NCBI GenBank assembly: GCA_017882835.1
Contig: JADGOU010000001.1
Location: 1 to 35,736 of the forward strand
Direction of reading: 5' to 3'
DNA: 35,736 nt
Origin: Frankiaceae bacterium
GTDB lineage: Bacteria; Actinomycetota; Actinomycetes; JADGOU01
Shown here: piece by piece, positions 26,939 through 35,258 of the stretch
How the letters are laid out: every line of letters begins with the position of its first letter
Position numbering within the stretch: position 1 is the stretch's first letter
Position numbers and translations under genes: made by a program
Notes under the pieces: model-generated
Databases searched by the model: none
What the model was told of the DNA's origin: nothing
The model's input: only the letters and a program-made list of their open reading frames with translations

Positions 26939-27409
26939 TCAGCGGCCGCGATCCTCCCACCGACGACGCCACCGCTCCTCTAGCCGAACCATGAACGACG
27001 ACTTCGACCGGGCCGGTTTGGGAGAGCGCGCGGGGCGAGCGCCGACGGGGCGGTTCGGCTTCGGGCTGGGGCTGGGGTGGGGCCGAGGTATCCCGGATCG
27101 GGGAGGAGCGGGCCGTTGCGCCCGGTTGTCCCCCCGCGTCCCCAGCCGCTTCCAGCTCATCAGGGCGACGAACGCGGCGAACACCATGAGCACGAAGCCG
27201 ACGATGCTGATCCAGATCTGGGTGGTGACCGGCCCGACGAAGACGAGGGCGAAGCCGATCAGGAACAGCGCGATGCCCCGACGGACGCGGCGCCGCAGGT
27301 GAGTCCGCAGATCGCTGGCACGCACACTGGAGGCGAACTTCGGGTCCTCGGCGTACAACGCGCGCTCGATCTGGTCGAGCAGGCGCTGCTCGTGCTCAGA
27401 AAGTGGCAC
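26939..27409 (-). CDS. DUF3040-like membrane protein
   Basis: Track ORF 26939..27487 trimmed to GTG 27409, with a GGGAGGAG SD 5 nt upstream. It has PLSEHEQRLLDQIERALYAEDPKFA followed by two TM helices. Confidence 0.8.
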   Translation of the reverse strand: MPLSEHEQRLLDQIERALYAEDPKFASSVRASDLRTHLRRRVRRGIALFLIGFALVFVGPVTTQIWISIVGFVLMVFAAFVALMSWKRLGTRGDNRAQRPAPPRSGIPRPHPSPSPKPNRPVGARPARSPKPARSKSSFMVRLEERWRRRWEDRGR

Positions 27410-27584
27410 GGCGCTCCTCCCGGCGGACGGCCTCCACAGCGGCGGACCGCGGTGGTGGAAGATGGATGTGGTACCCGAGCAGGACATGCGTCGAGACCCA
27501 TCTACCCCTGATGAGGATACGAGTGCGCACGGCAGCGCGAAAGGTGAACCTGAGGCTAGCGGTGGATGGCAGTCGGGTGGATCG

Positions 27585-28820
27585 TCATTCCGAGGACTGG
27601 AGGGGGTCGACCAAGGTCGCCGGGCGCACGGCGCCGGCGCCGAACCGGTGGGCAGCCCGGTCGGCGGCCTGCTCGGCCTCCCGCCACCCGCTGTCCCGCT
27701 CGCCCAGGATGAGCTGCCGGGGCACCCCGGCCGCGGGAGTCAGACCCTCGACCCGGACGCCGACGAGCCGCAACCGAGCCCGCTGCAAACCGAGCCCGTC
27801 GAACAACATCCGACCAGTGTCGTAGACGGTGCGGCCCACGTCCGTAGCCGAAGGCAGGGTCCGGGACCGGCTCAGCGTGGTGAAGTCGGCAAAGCGCACC
27901 TTGATGCTGACCGTGCGCCCGACCTGGCCGGTGGCCCGCAGCCGCACTGCGGTGCGCTCGGCCAGTCGAAGCAGCTCGCGGTGGATCACCGCTGGATCGT
28001 CGACATCGGTGGGGAAGGTCTCCTCGGCCCCGATGCTGCGGTCCGGCTCGTGCGGGACGACCACCCGGTCGTCGCGTCCCCAGGCCAGCGCCGCCAGGTG
28101 CCCCCCGGCCGCGGGACCCAGTGCCCGCTGCAGCGTGCAGACCGGCACGCGGGCCAGGTCGCCGACGGTGCGCAGCCCGAGCCGGAGGAGCTGCTCCTCG
28201 GTGCGCTCTCCCACCCCCCACAGCGCAGCCACGGGCAGCGGGTGCAGGAACGCGACAACATCGTCGGCCGGTACGACGAGCAGGCCGTCGGGTTTGCAGC
28301 GGGCGGACGCCAGCTTGGCGACGAACTTCGTGCTGGCGACGCCCACTGAGCAGGTGATGTCCTGCTCGTCCTGTACTCGGGCGCGGATCAGCTCGCCGAT
28401 CTGCGCCGGCCGGCCGAGCCGGCGACGGGCCCCGGCGACGTCGAGGAACGCCTCGTCCAGCGACAGCGGCTCGACCAGCGGAGTGACCGCCCGGAACACC
28501 TCCATGACCCCGGCTGAGGCGTCTTGGTAGGCAGCGAAGTCGGGCGGGATCACGACCGCGGCCGGGCACAGCCGGCGAGCCCGCATCATCGGCATCGCGC
28601 TGTGCACGCCGTACGCCCGGCACTCGTAGGTAGCGGAGAGCACCACACCGCGCGACCCGGTGCCGCCGACGATGACCGGCCGCCCCCGCAGCTCCGGCCG
28701 TCGGCGCAGCTCGACACTGGCGTAGAAAGCGTCCATGTCGATGTGCAAGATGTGACAGCCGGCGTCGTCGCCCACCGGGTCGGCGCCCGGGCCGACCGGC
28801 GGGACGCGCCCGCGACTCAT
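27585..28820 (-). CDS. dinB: DNA polymerase IV (catalytically competent Y-family DinB)
   Basis: 411 aa. It has HIDMDAFYASVE and SLDEAFLD (catalytic acidic residues present, so it is not ImuB-like), SVGVASTKFVAKLAS, and LWGVGERT. Confidence 0.9.
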   Translation of the reverse strand: MSRGRVPPVGPGADPVGDDAGCHILHIDMDAFYASVELRRRPELRGRPVIVGGTGSRGVVLSATYECRAYGVHSAMPMMRARRLCPAAVVIPPDFAAYQDASAGVMEVFRAVTPLVEPLSLDEAFLDVAGARRRLGRPAQIGELIRARVQDEQDITCSVGVASTKFVAKLASARCKPDGLLVVPADDVVAFLHPLPVAALWGVGERTEEQLLRLGLRTVGDLARVPVCTLQRALGPAAGGHLAALAWGRDDRVVVPHEPDRSIGAEETFPTDVDDPAVIHRELLRLAERTAVRLRATGQVGRTVSIKVRFADFTTLSRSRTLPSATDVGRTVYDTGRMLFDGLGLQRARLRLVGVRVEGLTPAAGVPRQLILGERDSGWREAEQAADRAAHRFGAGAVRPATLVDPLQSSE

Positions 28821-28830
28821 CCCGATCTCC

Positions 28831-28884
28831 GCATCTGCCCGGCAGCCAGCATCTGCCCGGCAGCCGGCATCTGCCCGGCAGCCG
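28831..28884. repeat. 18-bp tandem repeat x3 between the methyltransferase stop and the dinB start
   Basis: gcatctgcccggcagcca / gcatctgcccggcagccg / gcatctgcccggcagccg, starting 11 nt upstream of the dinB ATG. Each unit contains a ctgc-ccg-gcag mini-palindrome. Confidence 0.9.
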
Positions 28885-28916
28885 GCGTCACCCGGACGCC
28901 CGCGGCCGGTGGTGCG

Positions 28917-29669
28917 TCACGGTCGGCGAGCGAGCACGTGCAGCTGGGTGGCGACCTCGCGAAACGCCGGTCGGTCGGCGACGGCGAGCTCGAGCTCGGC
29001 CAGATGCGCCAGTGCTGCCGGGTCAGAGTCGAGCAGGTGACCGGCCACGAGCTCGGTGAAGGTCCGCACGCCGTGCACTGCCTCGACGACCAGCCCGACC
29101 TCGTCGAGCAGCGCAGTGAGATCGGCCAGGGCGAACCGACGGACCGCGCCGTCACCCGCCCCCCACCGGCCGGCCGGATCGTCGAGCGCGTGGCGCGCCT
29201 CGGTGAAGTGACCGACCAGTGCCCGGCTGAACACCACCGCGGTCCGGTTGGCAGCGAGCACGCTGATGCAGCCACCGGCGCGCATGGCCGCGGCCGCCTG
29301 ACCCAGTGCGGCCGCGGGGTCCTCGACGACCTCCAGCACGCTGTGGCAGAGCACGAGGTCGCAGCTGCCCGGCGCCACCACTTCCGACAGCGTCGCCAGA
29401 TCACCTTGCCGGGCGTGGACCCAGTCGCACACGCCCGCTTCGGCGGCCCGGCGCCCCAGGGCTGCCAGCGAGTCCGGGCTGGGATCGACGACGGTGACCT
29501 GGTGGCCCAGCTGAGCCAGCGGGACGGCGAATCCCCCGGTGCCGCCGCCGGCATCCAGCACGGCGAGTGGTCCGTCGGCGGCTCGGCTGTCGAGCTCGGC
29601 CTGCAGCGCTGCCCACACCACCGCGGTGCGCACCGAGATGCGGTGCCGCGACGAGGGACTATCCGGCAC
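28917..29669 (-). CDS. Class I SAM-dependent methyltransferase
   Basis: 250 aa. It has motif I VLDAGGGTGGFAVPLA and an acidic post-I VVDPS. GTG 29669 has an AAGGAGG SD 6 nt upstream. Confidence 0.8.
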   Translation of the reverse strand: MPDSPSSRHRISVRTAVVWAALQAELDSRAADGPLAVLDAGGGTGGFAVPLAQLGHQVTVVDPSPDSLAALGRRAAEAGVCDWVHARQGDLATLSEVVAPGSCDLVLCHSVLEVVEDPAAALGQAAAAMRAGGCISVLAANRTAVVFSRALVGHFTEARHALDDPAGRWGAGDGAVRRFALADLTALLDEVGLVVEAVHGVRTFTELVAGHLLDSDPAALAHLAELELAVADRPAFREVATQLHVLARRP

Positions 29670-29876
29670 GGCGGCCTCCTTGCGGGCGCAGCGGCGGTAC
29701 GGCGGCGGGTGCCCGAGCAGGGGCGGCGGACGGACACGGCGGCGGAAGCACCGCGCACCCCAACCGGGCCACCGGACCCGCCGGACCCGTATCGGCAGCC
29801 TAATGAGGCCGCCGCGGGAACCGGTGGGTTGGTTGACCGGGGACCGTGGGCTGGGGGTAGCGCTGCCAGCCGGAGA

Positions 29877-32800
29877 TCAGCCACCGGAGCTGCCCGGACT
29901 GGAGTGCCAGAGTCGTCGCGGTGCCCCCGCGTCGCCGGACGGACGGACGTCGGCGTACGGCGACGGGCCGGTCGGTGCACCGACGGGGGCTGCACCGGTG
30001 GATCCAGCACGGGTGGGTGCCGGGGTCATCACCGGACGGGTGGAGCGGCTCTCGGCCGCGCCGTGGACGGCCTGCTCCGTCACCATCGCCGGTCGGTTCA
30101 TCGCCGCCTGGACCGCGACCGCTCCGCCGCGGCGCCACGCGGCCTGCAGGGCGGGCAACTCCCAGCACCCGGTTGCCTGCATCGACACCCCGCGCGGACC
30201 GGTCCGCCGAATGCGGCCGCGGATGACGAGCAGCCAGCAGTGGAAGACCGTCGAGGCGTAGCCCACCTGGGCGTCTTCGAAGAACGTCGCATCGAGCGGT
30301 CCAGTGGCGTCGTCGAGGGTGACGAACACGACCCGCCGCCCGGACCGGATCGGCGGAGTCTGGGTGGCCACCTTGACTCCGGCGACGAGCACCTCCTGCC
30401 GACTGCGACAGCGCAGCAGGTCGCGGGCCCGGGTCATACCCAGGGCCTGCAAGAACGGCTCGTAGAAGTCCAGGACATGCCGGCTGGCATCGAGCCCGAG
30501 GACGGCGAGCTCGGCGCGCACCCGCTCGGCATCGGTCATCTCCGCCAGCCCGCTGGGTCGGATCTCGGCCGGGTCGTCGCCGAGGTCGAAGGCGAGCTGG
30601 ACGTCGACCGGGGCCGGCGGCCGCGGAGCCTGGGACTGCCGGGCGGCCAGGTCCCGGATCCGGGAACCGTCGGTGTCCGCAGACCGCGCGACGGTGGCCA
30701 GACTGCCCGACCCGCGGCGAACGGCGCGGGTCCAGGTATCGAGCTCGATCACCTGCAGCAGCAGGTCCCGGCGGGTCACGGCACCTCGGCGCCGGACCGG
30801 AGCCGGAGAGCCCAGCCCGTAGAGGGAGTCGAACGCTCCGGCGACGACGATCCGCTCGATGACCGGCCGGGAGACGGCGGCCCGGTGCCAGAAGTCCGAC
30901 AGCGAGGCATATGGCCGCCCGGCGACGATCCGCGCGGTCTCCGCAGCGCTGATCCCCTTGACGTCGGCGAGGCCAAGTCGGATGCCGTAGGCCCGAGCGT
31001 CCGGACCGACCGGCGGCGCCGGTCGCGGCGGGGCGTCCAGGATTCCCGGCGGCGGTTCGTCGAGGACCCCGACCCGCTCCACCCGGTACTCCGGGTCGGA
31101 GCGGTTGACGTCCAGCGGCAGCACGGCGATGCCGAACTGCCGGGCGTCGTCGAGGATCAGCCGCTTCGGGTACATCCCCGGGTCGTGGGTGAGCACCCCG
31201 GCGAGGAACGCCGCCGGGTGGTGCGCCTTCAGCCACGCCGACTGGTAGGTCGGCAGAGCGAACGCGGCCGCATGCGCCTTGCAGAACCCGAAGGACCCGA
31301 ACGCCACCAGCACCGTCCAGGCCCGTTGCGCCAGATCGGCGTCGTAGCCGGCGGCGAGCACCGCCGGGACGAACTGGGCTCGGATCTCCGGGTGTGCCTC
31401 CGGGTTGCCCAACGCCCGGCGCACCTCGTCCGCCTCGGCCAGCGAGCACCCGGTCAACGCCGCGACGATGCGCAGCACCTGCTCGTGGAAGACCACGACG
31501 CCGGAGGTTTCGGTGAGCGCCGGGGTGAGGTCGGGATGCAGGTAGTCGGGTGGCCGCCAGCCGTGCCGCGCCTGCAGGAACGGCGTGACCATGTCGCTCT
31601 TCACCGGCCCGGGGCGGAACAGCGAGATGTCGATGATGAGGTCGGCGAACGACTCCGGCGCGAACTTCCCGACCAGCTCCCGCTGGCCGGGTGACTCGAT
31701 CTGAAAACAGCCCAGGGTCCGGGTGGACTGGACCAGTCGGAAGGTCTCCGGGTCGTCGCGCGGTACGGCGTCGATGTCGATGTCGATGCTGTCGACCCGC
31801 TTGACCTCGGCGACCGCGTGCGCCATCGCCGACTGCATCCGGATCCCGAGCACGTCGAGCTTGAGCAGGCCGAGGTCTTCGACGTCGTCCTTGTCGAACT
31901 GGCTCATCGGGAACCCGAGCCAGCTCGCCTCCACCGGGGTGCGGTCGAGCAGCGTCGCGTCCGAGAGCAGGACCCCGCACGGGTGGACGGCGATGTGACG
32001 GGGCAGCCCGTCGAGCCGCTCGACCAGCCGGAAGAGCAGGTCGAGCCGGCCACCGCTGGTGCCGCCGCCGTCCCCGCCGCTTCCTCCGCCGCCGAGCCCG
32101 CTGGCGCGCAGCTCCGGCAGGTCCCGCAGCGCCGCCCGCACCTGGCTGGCCCGGATGTGCGGGAACGCCTTCGCCACGGCGTCGATCTCCCCGGGCGGCA
32201 GGCCGAGCGCCGCGCCCACGTCCCGGATGGCGTGTCGCGCGCGGTAGGTGTCCATCATCGACACGCAGGTGCAGCGCTCCCCGCCGTACCGGGTGAGGAT
32301 GGCCTCGTAGACCTCGGTACGTCGGGCCGACTCCACGTCGACGTCGATGTCCGGCAGTGCCGCCCGCAGCGGGGACAGGAACCGCTCCATCAGCAGGCCG
32401 TAGCGCAGCGGGTCCACGTCGGAGATGCCGAGCAGGTAGTTGACCAGGCTGCCCGCCCCCGACCCGCGCGCGGCACAGCGCACGCCGAGGCTCTTGATCA
32501 GGTCGACGACGTCGGCAACGGTGAGGAAGTACGCCGGATAGCCCAGCGACCCGATGACCGTGAGCTCCTCGTCGAGCCGGGTACGGGCGGAGTCGGTGGC
32601 AGACAGGCCGCGGCGGCCGAAGCCGGCCTCGCACCGGCCGCGCAGCGTCTCCTCCGCCGGTCGGTCGGTCGGCCCGGTGCCGTCGAGCTCCGGGAAGTGC
32701 ACGGTGCCGATGCCGAGGTCCACCCTCGGGTCGACGGCGCACCGGTCGGCGACCGCCCGCGCCCGAGCGAGCAGAGTCCGCCGCCCGGACTCGCCGATGC

Positions 32801-33614
32801 CGGCCAGGGTGGCGAGCTCCCCAGCAACCTCGGCCATCTCCTTGCCGGACTTCAGGTATCCCTCGGCGTTGCCCCGGTCGACGTGGCGGGGATCGAGGAC
32901 CACCAGCCGGCGGGCCGCGTCGAGCACGTCAGCGGTGGGTCCGTCCGTGCGGTCGACGTGCCGGACGGCGTTGGTGAGCACTGTCGAGACGCCCTGCTCG
33001 GCCGCGAAGCCGACGGCGCGCGCCGCGCGGACGGCGTCGCCGCGGCCCCGGTGGGAGACCAGCTCGACTACCAGATCGGTCTGCGCCACCACGGCCCGCC
33101 AGCGGTCGAGGTGCCCGCGGGCCAAGTCAGGACGGCGGACGGCGAGCGCGCGGCCGACGTCGGAGTCCGGCCCGAGCAAAACGAACACTCCGCCCGCGGC
33201 CGCGTGCTCGGCGATCAGGTCAGAACTGCAGACCGGCCGGCCCCGCTCGCCGGCGAGATGGGTTGCGCTGACCAGTCGGCACAACGCGGCCCATCCCCCG
33301 GCATGCTGCGCAATCAGCGTCACCCGAGGGTGCCGCGGGTCGACGAACGCGCCCCCGCGGGCGGGGGTGCGTCGGCGTGGACCTTCGCCGGACCCTCCCG
33401 CCACCGCCAGGTCCACGCCGAAGATCGGCCGAAGTCCGGCCGACATGCACGCCTTCGCGAACTTGACCGCTCCATAGAGGCCGTCGCGGTCGGTGAGGGC
33501 GAGCGCGTCCATGCCGTGCTCCGCGGCGCGCTCGACCAGGACGTGCGGATGGGAGACGCCATAGCGCAGCGAGTAGCCGGACGCGACGTGCAGATGGACG
33601 AACGGGTCGGACAT
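29877..33614 (-). CDS. dnaE2: C-family DNA polymerase III alpha-type protein, DnaE2-like (paralog assignment tentative)
   Basis: 1245 aa. It has a PHP-like N-terminus FVHLHVASGYSLRYG. The polymerase catalytic motifs are ALPDIDVDVES and LLKLDVLGIRM, and there is FGFCKAHAAAFA. An OB-like region VVFVTLDDATGPLDATFFE lies near the C-terminus, followed only by a low-complexity tail with no tau-binding-like domain. A damage-type promoter heads the operon. Confidence 0.8.
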   Translation of the reverse strand: MSDPFVHLHVASGYSLRYGVSHPHVLVERAAEHGMDALALTDRDGLYGAVKFAKACMSAGLRPIFGVDLAVAGGSGEGPRRRTPARGGAFVDPRHPRVTLIAQHAGGWAALCRLVSATHLAGERGRPVCSSDLIAEHAAAGGVFVLLGPDSDVGRALAVRRPDLARGHLDRWRAVVAQTDLVVELVSHRGRGDAVRAARAVGFAAEQGVSTVLTNAVRHVDRTDGPTADVLDAARRLVVLDPRHVDRGNAEGYLKSGKEMAEVAGELATLAGIGESGRRTLLARARAVADRCAVDPRVDLGIGTVHFPELDGTGPTDRPAEETLRGRCEAGFGRRGLSATDSARTRLDEELTVIGSLGYPAYFLTVADVVDLIKSLGVRCAARGSGAGSLVNYLLGISDVDPLRYGLLMERFLSPLRAALPDIDVDVESARRTEVYEAILTRYGGERCTCVSMMDTYRARHAIRDVGAALGLPPGEIDAVAKAFPHIRASQVRAALRDLPELRASGLGGGGSGGDGGGTSGGRLDLLFRLVERLDGLPRHIAVHPCGVLLSDATLLDRTPVEASWLGFPMSQFDKDDVEDLGLLKLDVLGIRMQSAMAHAVAEVKRVDSIDIDIDAVPRDDPETFRLVQSTRTLGCFQIESPGQRELVGKFAPESFADLIIDISLFRPGPVKSDMVTPFLQARHGWRPPDYLHPDLTPALTETSGVVVFHEQVLRIVAALTGCSLAEADEVRRALGNPEAHPEIRAQFVPAVLAAGYDADLAQRAWTVLVAFGSFGFCKAHAAAFALPTYQSAWLKAHHPAAFLAGVLTHDPGMYPKRLILDDARQFGIAVLPLDVNRSDPEYRVERVGVLDEPPPGILDAPPRPAPPVGPDARAYGIRLGLADVKGISAAETARIVAGRPYASLSDFWHRAAVSRPVIERIVVAGAFDSLYGLGSPAPVRRRGAVTRRDLLLQVIELDTWTRAVRRGSGSLATVARSADTDGSRIRDLAARQSQAPRPPAPVDVQLAFDLGDDPAEIRPSGLAEMTDAERVRAELAVLGLDASRHVLDFYEPFLQALGMTRARDLLRCRSRQEVLVAGVKVATQTPPIRSGRRVVFVTLDDATGPLDATFFEDAQVGYASTVFHCWLLVIRGRIRRTGPRGVSMQATGCWELPALQAAWRRGGAVAVQAAMNRPAMVTEQAVHGAAESRSTRPVMTPAPTRAGSTGAAPVGAPTGPSPYADVRPSGDAGAPRRLWHSSPGSSGG

Positions 33615-33620
33615 CAGGTG

Positions 33621-34160
33621 TCACCCGGTCCGACCGCGCGCGCCCGACGGCACCGCGACCCCCGGCAGGACCGGCTGGTGGGTCAACCCGAGGGTGACCT
33701 CGACGACCGCGAGGAACGCCTCGGCGTCCCGGAGCAGGTCGTCGGCCTCGCGGTCCGACACCGCCCGCGGCAGCCCGGCCTCGGCCGCGGCGCGCTTGGC
33801 GGCTCCCGCAGCGAAGAACGCCGCCCACTCCTCGAGCTCCGGCGCGATCGCGGGCAGCAGCACCCAGACACTGGTGGGCCGGCTACGCCGCGGCCCCGGT
33901 CGGTCCGGTTGGACCCGCGCGGCCAGGACGGCCGCCGCCGCGCGGAGCGCCGCCAGATGCGCGGTAGCGTAGCGCTCGGGCGCCCGGGTCAGGCCGGCCG
34001 CCTCGACCAGCCCGCGCCGCGCCGCGCCGAGCAGCGTGGCGGCGGATCTGCCGGTGGCAGGGCTGGCTCCCACGGGTTTGGCACTGGCGGCCTGGCCGCG
34101 AGCGGCAGCCAGCCGGGCGTCAGCTAGCCGGGTCGGGGTGCCGGGCGGAGTCGATAGCAT
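33621..34160 (-). CDS. HEPN-like all-alpha protein (resembles the SAV_6107-type family), no Rx4-6H motif seen
   Basis: Track ORF 33621..34427 trimmed to ATG 34160. Motifs: ERYATAHLAALRAAAAVLAAR.., VWVLLPAIAPELEEWAAFFAAGAAKRAAAEAG, VSDREADDLLRDAEAFL. It ends 6 nt before the polymerase ATG. Confidence 0.65.
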   Translation of the reverse strand: MLSTPPGTPTRLADARLAAARGQAASAKPVGASPATGRSAATLLGAARRGLVEAAGLTRAPERYATAHLAALRAAAAVLAARVQPDRPGPRRSRPTSVWVLLPAIAPELEEWAAFFAAGAAKRAAAEAGLPRAVSDREADDLLRDAEAFLAVVEVTLGLTHQPVLPGVAVPSGARGRTG

Positions 34161-34173
34161 GGAGGACACCTCG

Positions 34174-34638
34174 TCAGTCCAGGGCTCGGGCAACTGTCCA
34201 GCTGCCGGCCGACCAGTCGAAGCACAGGTCATAGACCCCGGCGCCGCCCGGCCGCCCCGCCGTCGCCTCGACCCGCCAGTACTCCCGCTCGCCGTCGTCA
34301 ACGGACGCCGGCCCCGTAGCGGCGCCGACATCAGGCGCGAGCTCACCCCAGGCCCGTTGCGCCCACTTCGGGGAGGCCGGGATTGGGGCGACCACCAGCT
34401 CAGCTGCCCGGGCACTCTTGGCGCCACCTAGACCGGGAGACGGGTGCCCGCCGGTGGCTCGGGAGCCAGTCTCTCCAGACGACAGCGCGGTCGCCGCAGC
34501 CGCGCGCCACCACTGGCCGGACTCGGTCCAGTGGGCCTGGATGACTTGGACGACGTAGTGCCGGCCACGCCAGCCGAACTGCGTCGGCACGTCATCGTGT
34601 CGCTGCACCTGCACCAGGTCGGCGTACAACCGGGTCAT
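34174..34638 (-). CDS. DUF6504-like protein
   Basis: Track ORF 34174..34800 trimmed to ATG 34638, with a strong AAGGAG SD. Motifs: MTRLYADLVQVQRHDDVPTQFGWRGRHYVVQVIQAHWTESGQWW and EREYWRVEATAGRPGGAGVYDLCFDWSAGSWTVARALD. It ends 13 nt before the HEPN-like gene. Confidence 0.65.
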   Translation of the reverse strand: MTRLYADLVQVQRHDDVPTQFGWRGRHYVVQVIQAHWTESGQWWRAAAATALSSGETGSRATGGHPSPGLGGAKSARAAELVVAPIPASPKWAQRAWGELAPDVGAATGPASVDDGEREYWRVEATAGRPGGAGVYDLCFDWSAGSWTVARALD

Positions 34639-34880
34639 CACTACTCCTTTCCTTCCCCATGCGTCTGCGCAGTTGCGTCCGCGCCAGGTAGGCCGCGGGT
34701 GCCGGGGGAAGGCGGCGTCGGCGGCACCGGCCCGGGTGGGACGCTTCCCCACGTCACACCCGGGCCAGCACCTCCGCCGCGGCGCACGGGGGTCTAGCAC
34801 CGTGCGCCGGACGAAGGGGCTCCAAGCCCCACCGTCAGCGCCGGAGACCCGCGAGAGCCCCGGCGCCGGGTTGGCGATGA

Positions 34881-34896
34881 TCGAACAGATGTTCGA
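34881..34896. promoter_or_regulatory. LexA (SOS) box TCGAACAGATGTTCGA
   Basis: A perfect palindrome that matches the actinobacterial/Gram-positive LexA consensus TCGAAC-N4-GTTCGA. It is the only such site I found in the window. Confidence 0.75.
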
Positions 34897-34906
34897 GTCA
34901 GAAGTC

Positions 34907-34929
34907 AGAGTAAACCCTCACTCCGACAA
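34907..34929 (-). promoter_or_regulatory. RecA-NDp / PafBC-type damage-inducible promoter motif
   Basis: The minus strand reads TTGTCGGAG-tgagggtt-TACTCT. The remembered consensus is tTGTCRgtg-N8-TAnnnT. The LexA box starts 10 nt downstream of the -10 hexamer. Confidence 0.55.
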
Positions 34930-35258
34930 AACCGTCAACCGCGAATACCCGAAGACCCCAACCGCGGCCGACCGGCATGGCAGGTCGGCCGCCGCCGACC
35001 GCGCTGGATCGCATCAGTCGCTGGTCTCGCCAGGTTCACCCATTCGATGCTCAAGGCGGCGGGGGCGAGCCGCCGAGGTAGCCAACGAGTGCGCCGCGGC
35101 TGGAGGGCATCCGGCCTTTCCCGGTGCGCGCACGGGGTGGCGGTTGCCGTGTCCGGTCCTGGGCTGTCGGGTCTTGCGGCGTTCGCTCGGCGGCACCGGT
35201 AGGTGACCGGCGCGACAGTGCTCGCCGTGTTGACGGTGAGTACCCGGTTGGGTCGGCA

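Noticed and set aside
28524-31694. 1056-aa plus-strand ORF
   Set aside because: It is antisense to dinB, the methyltransferase and the polymerase. Its Arg/Gly/Pro/Ala-rich composition is typical of off-frame reading in GC-rich DNA, and it has no recognisable motifs.
29800-32742. 980-aa minus-strand ORF in an alternative frame of the polymerase gene
   Set aside because: It lies on the same strand as the polymerase but in the wrong frame. It is Arg/Pro-rich nonsense, whereas the 29877..33614 frame carries all the polymerase motifs.
31818-34127. 769-aa plus-strand ORF
   Set aside because: It is antisense to the polymerase and the HEPN-like gene, with low-complexity Arg/Gly/Pro composition.
34639-34800. 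N-terminal extension of the DUF6504-like ORF to GTG 34800
   Set aside because: The extension is Arg/Pro/Trp-rich and has no SD. ATG 34638 has a strong AAGGAG SD, and the conserved sequence starts there.
34673-35206. 177-aa plus-strand ORF spanning the SOS-box region
   Set aside because: It covers the promoter/operator region, has Arg-rich low-complexity composition, and has no motifs. The AT-richer core is better explained as regulatory DNA.
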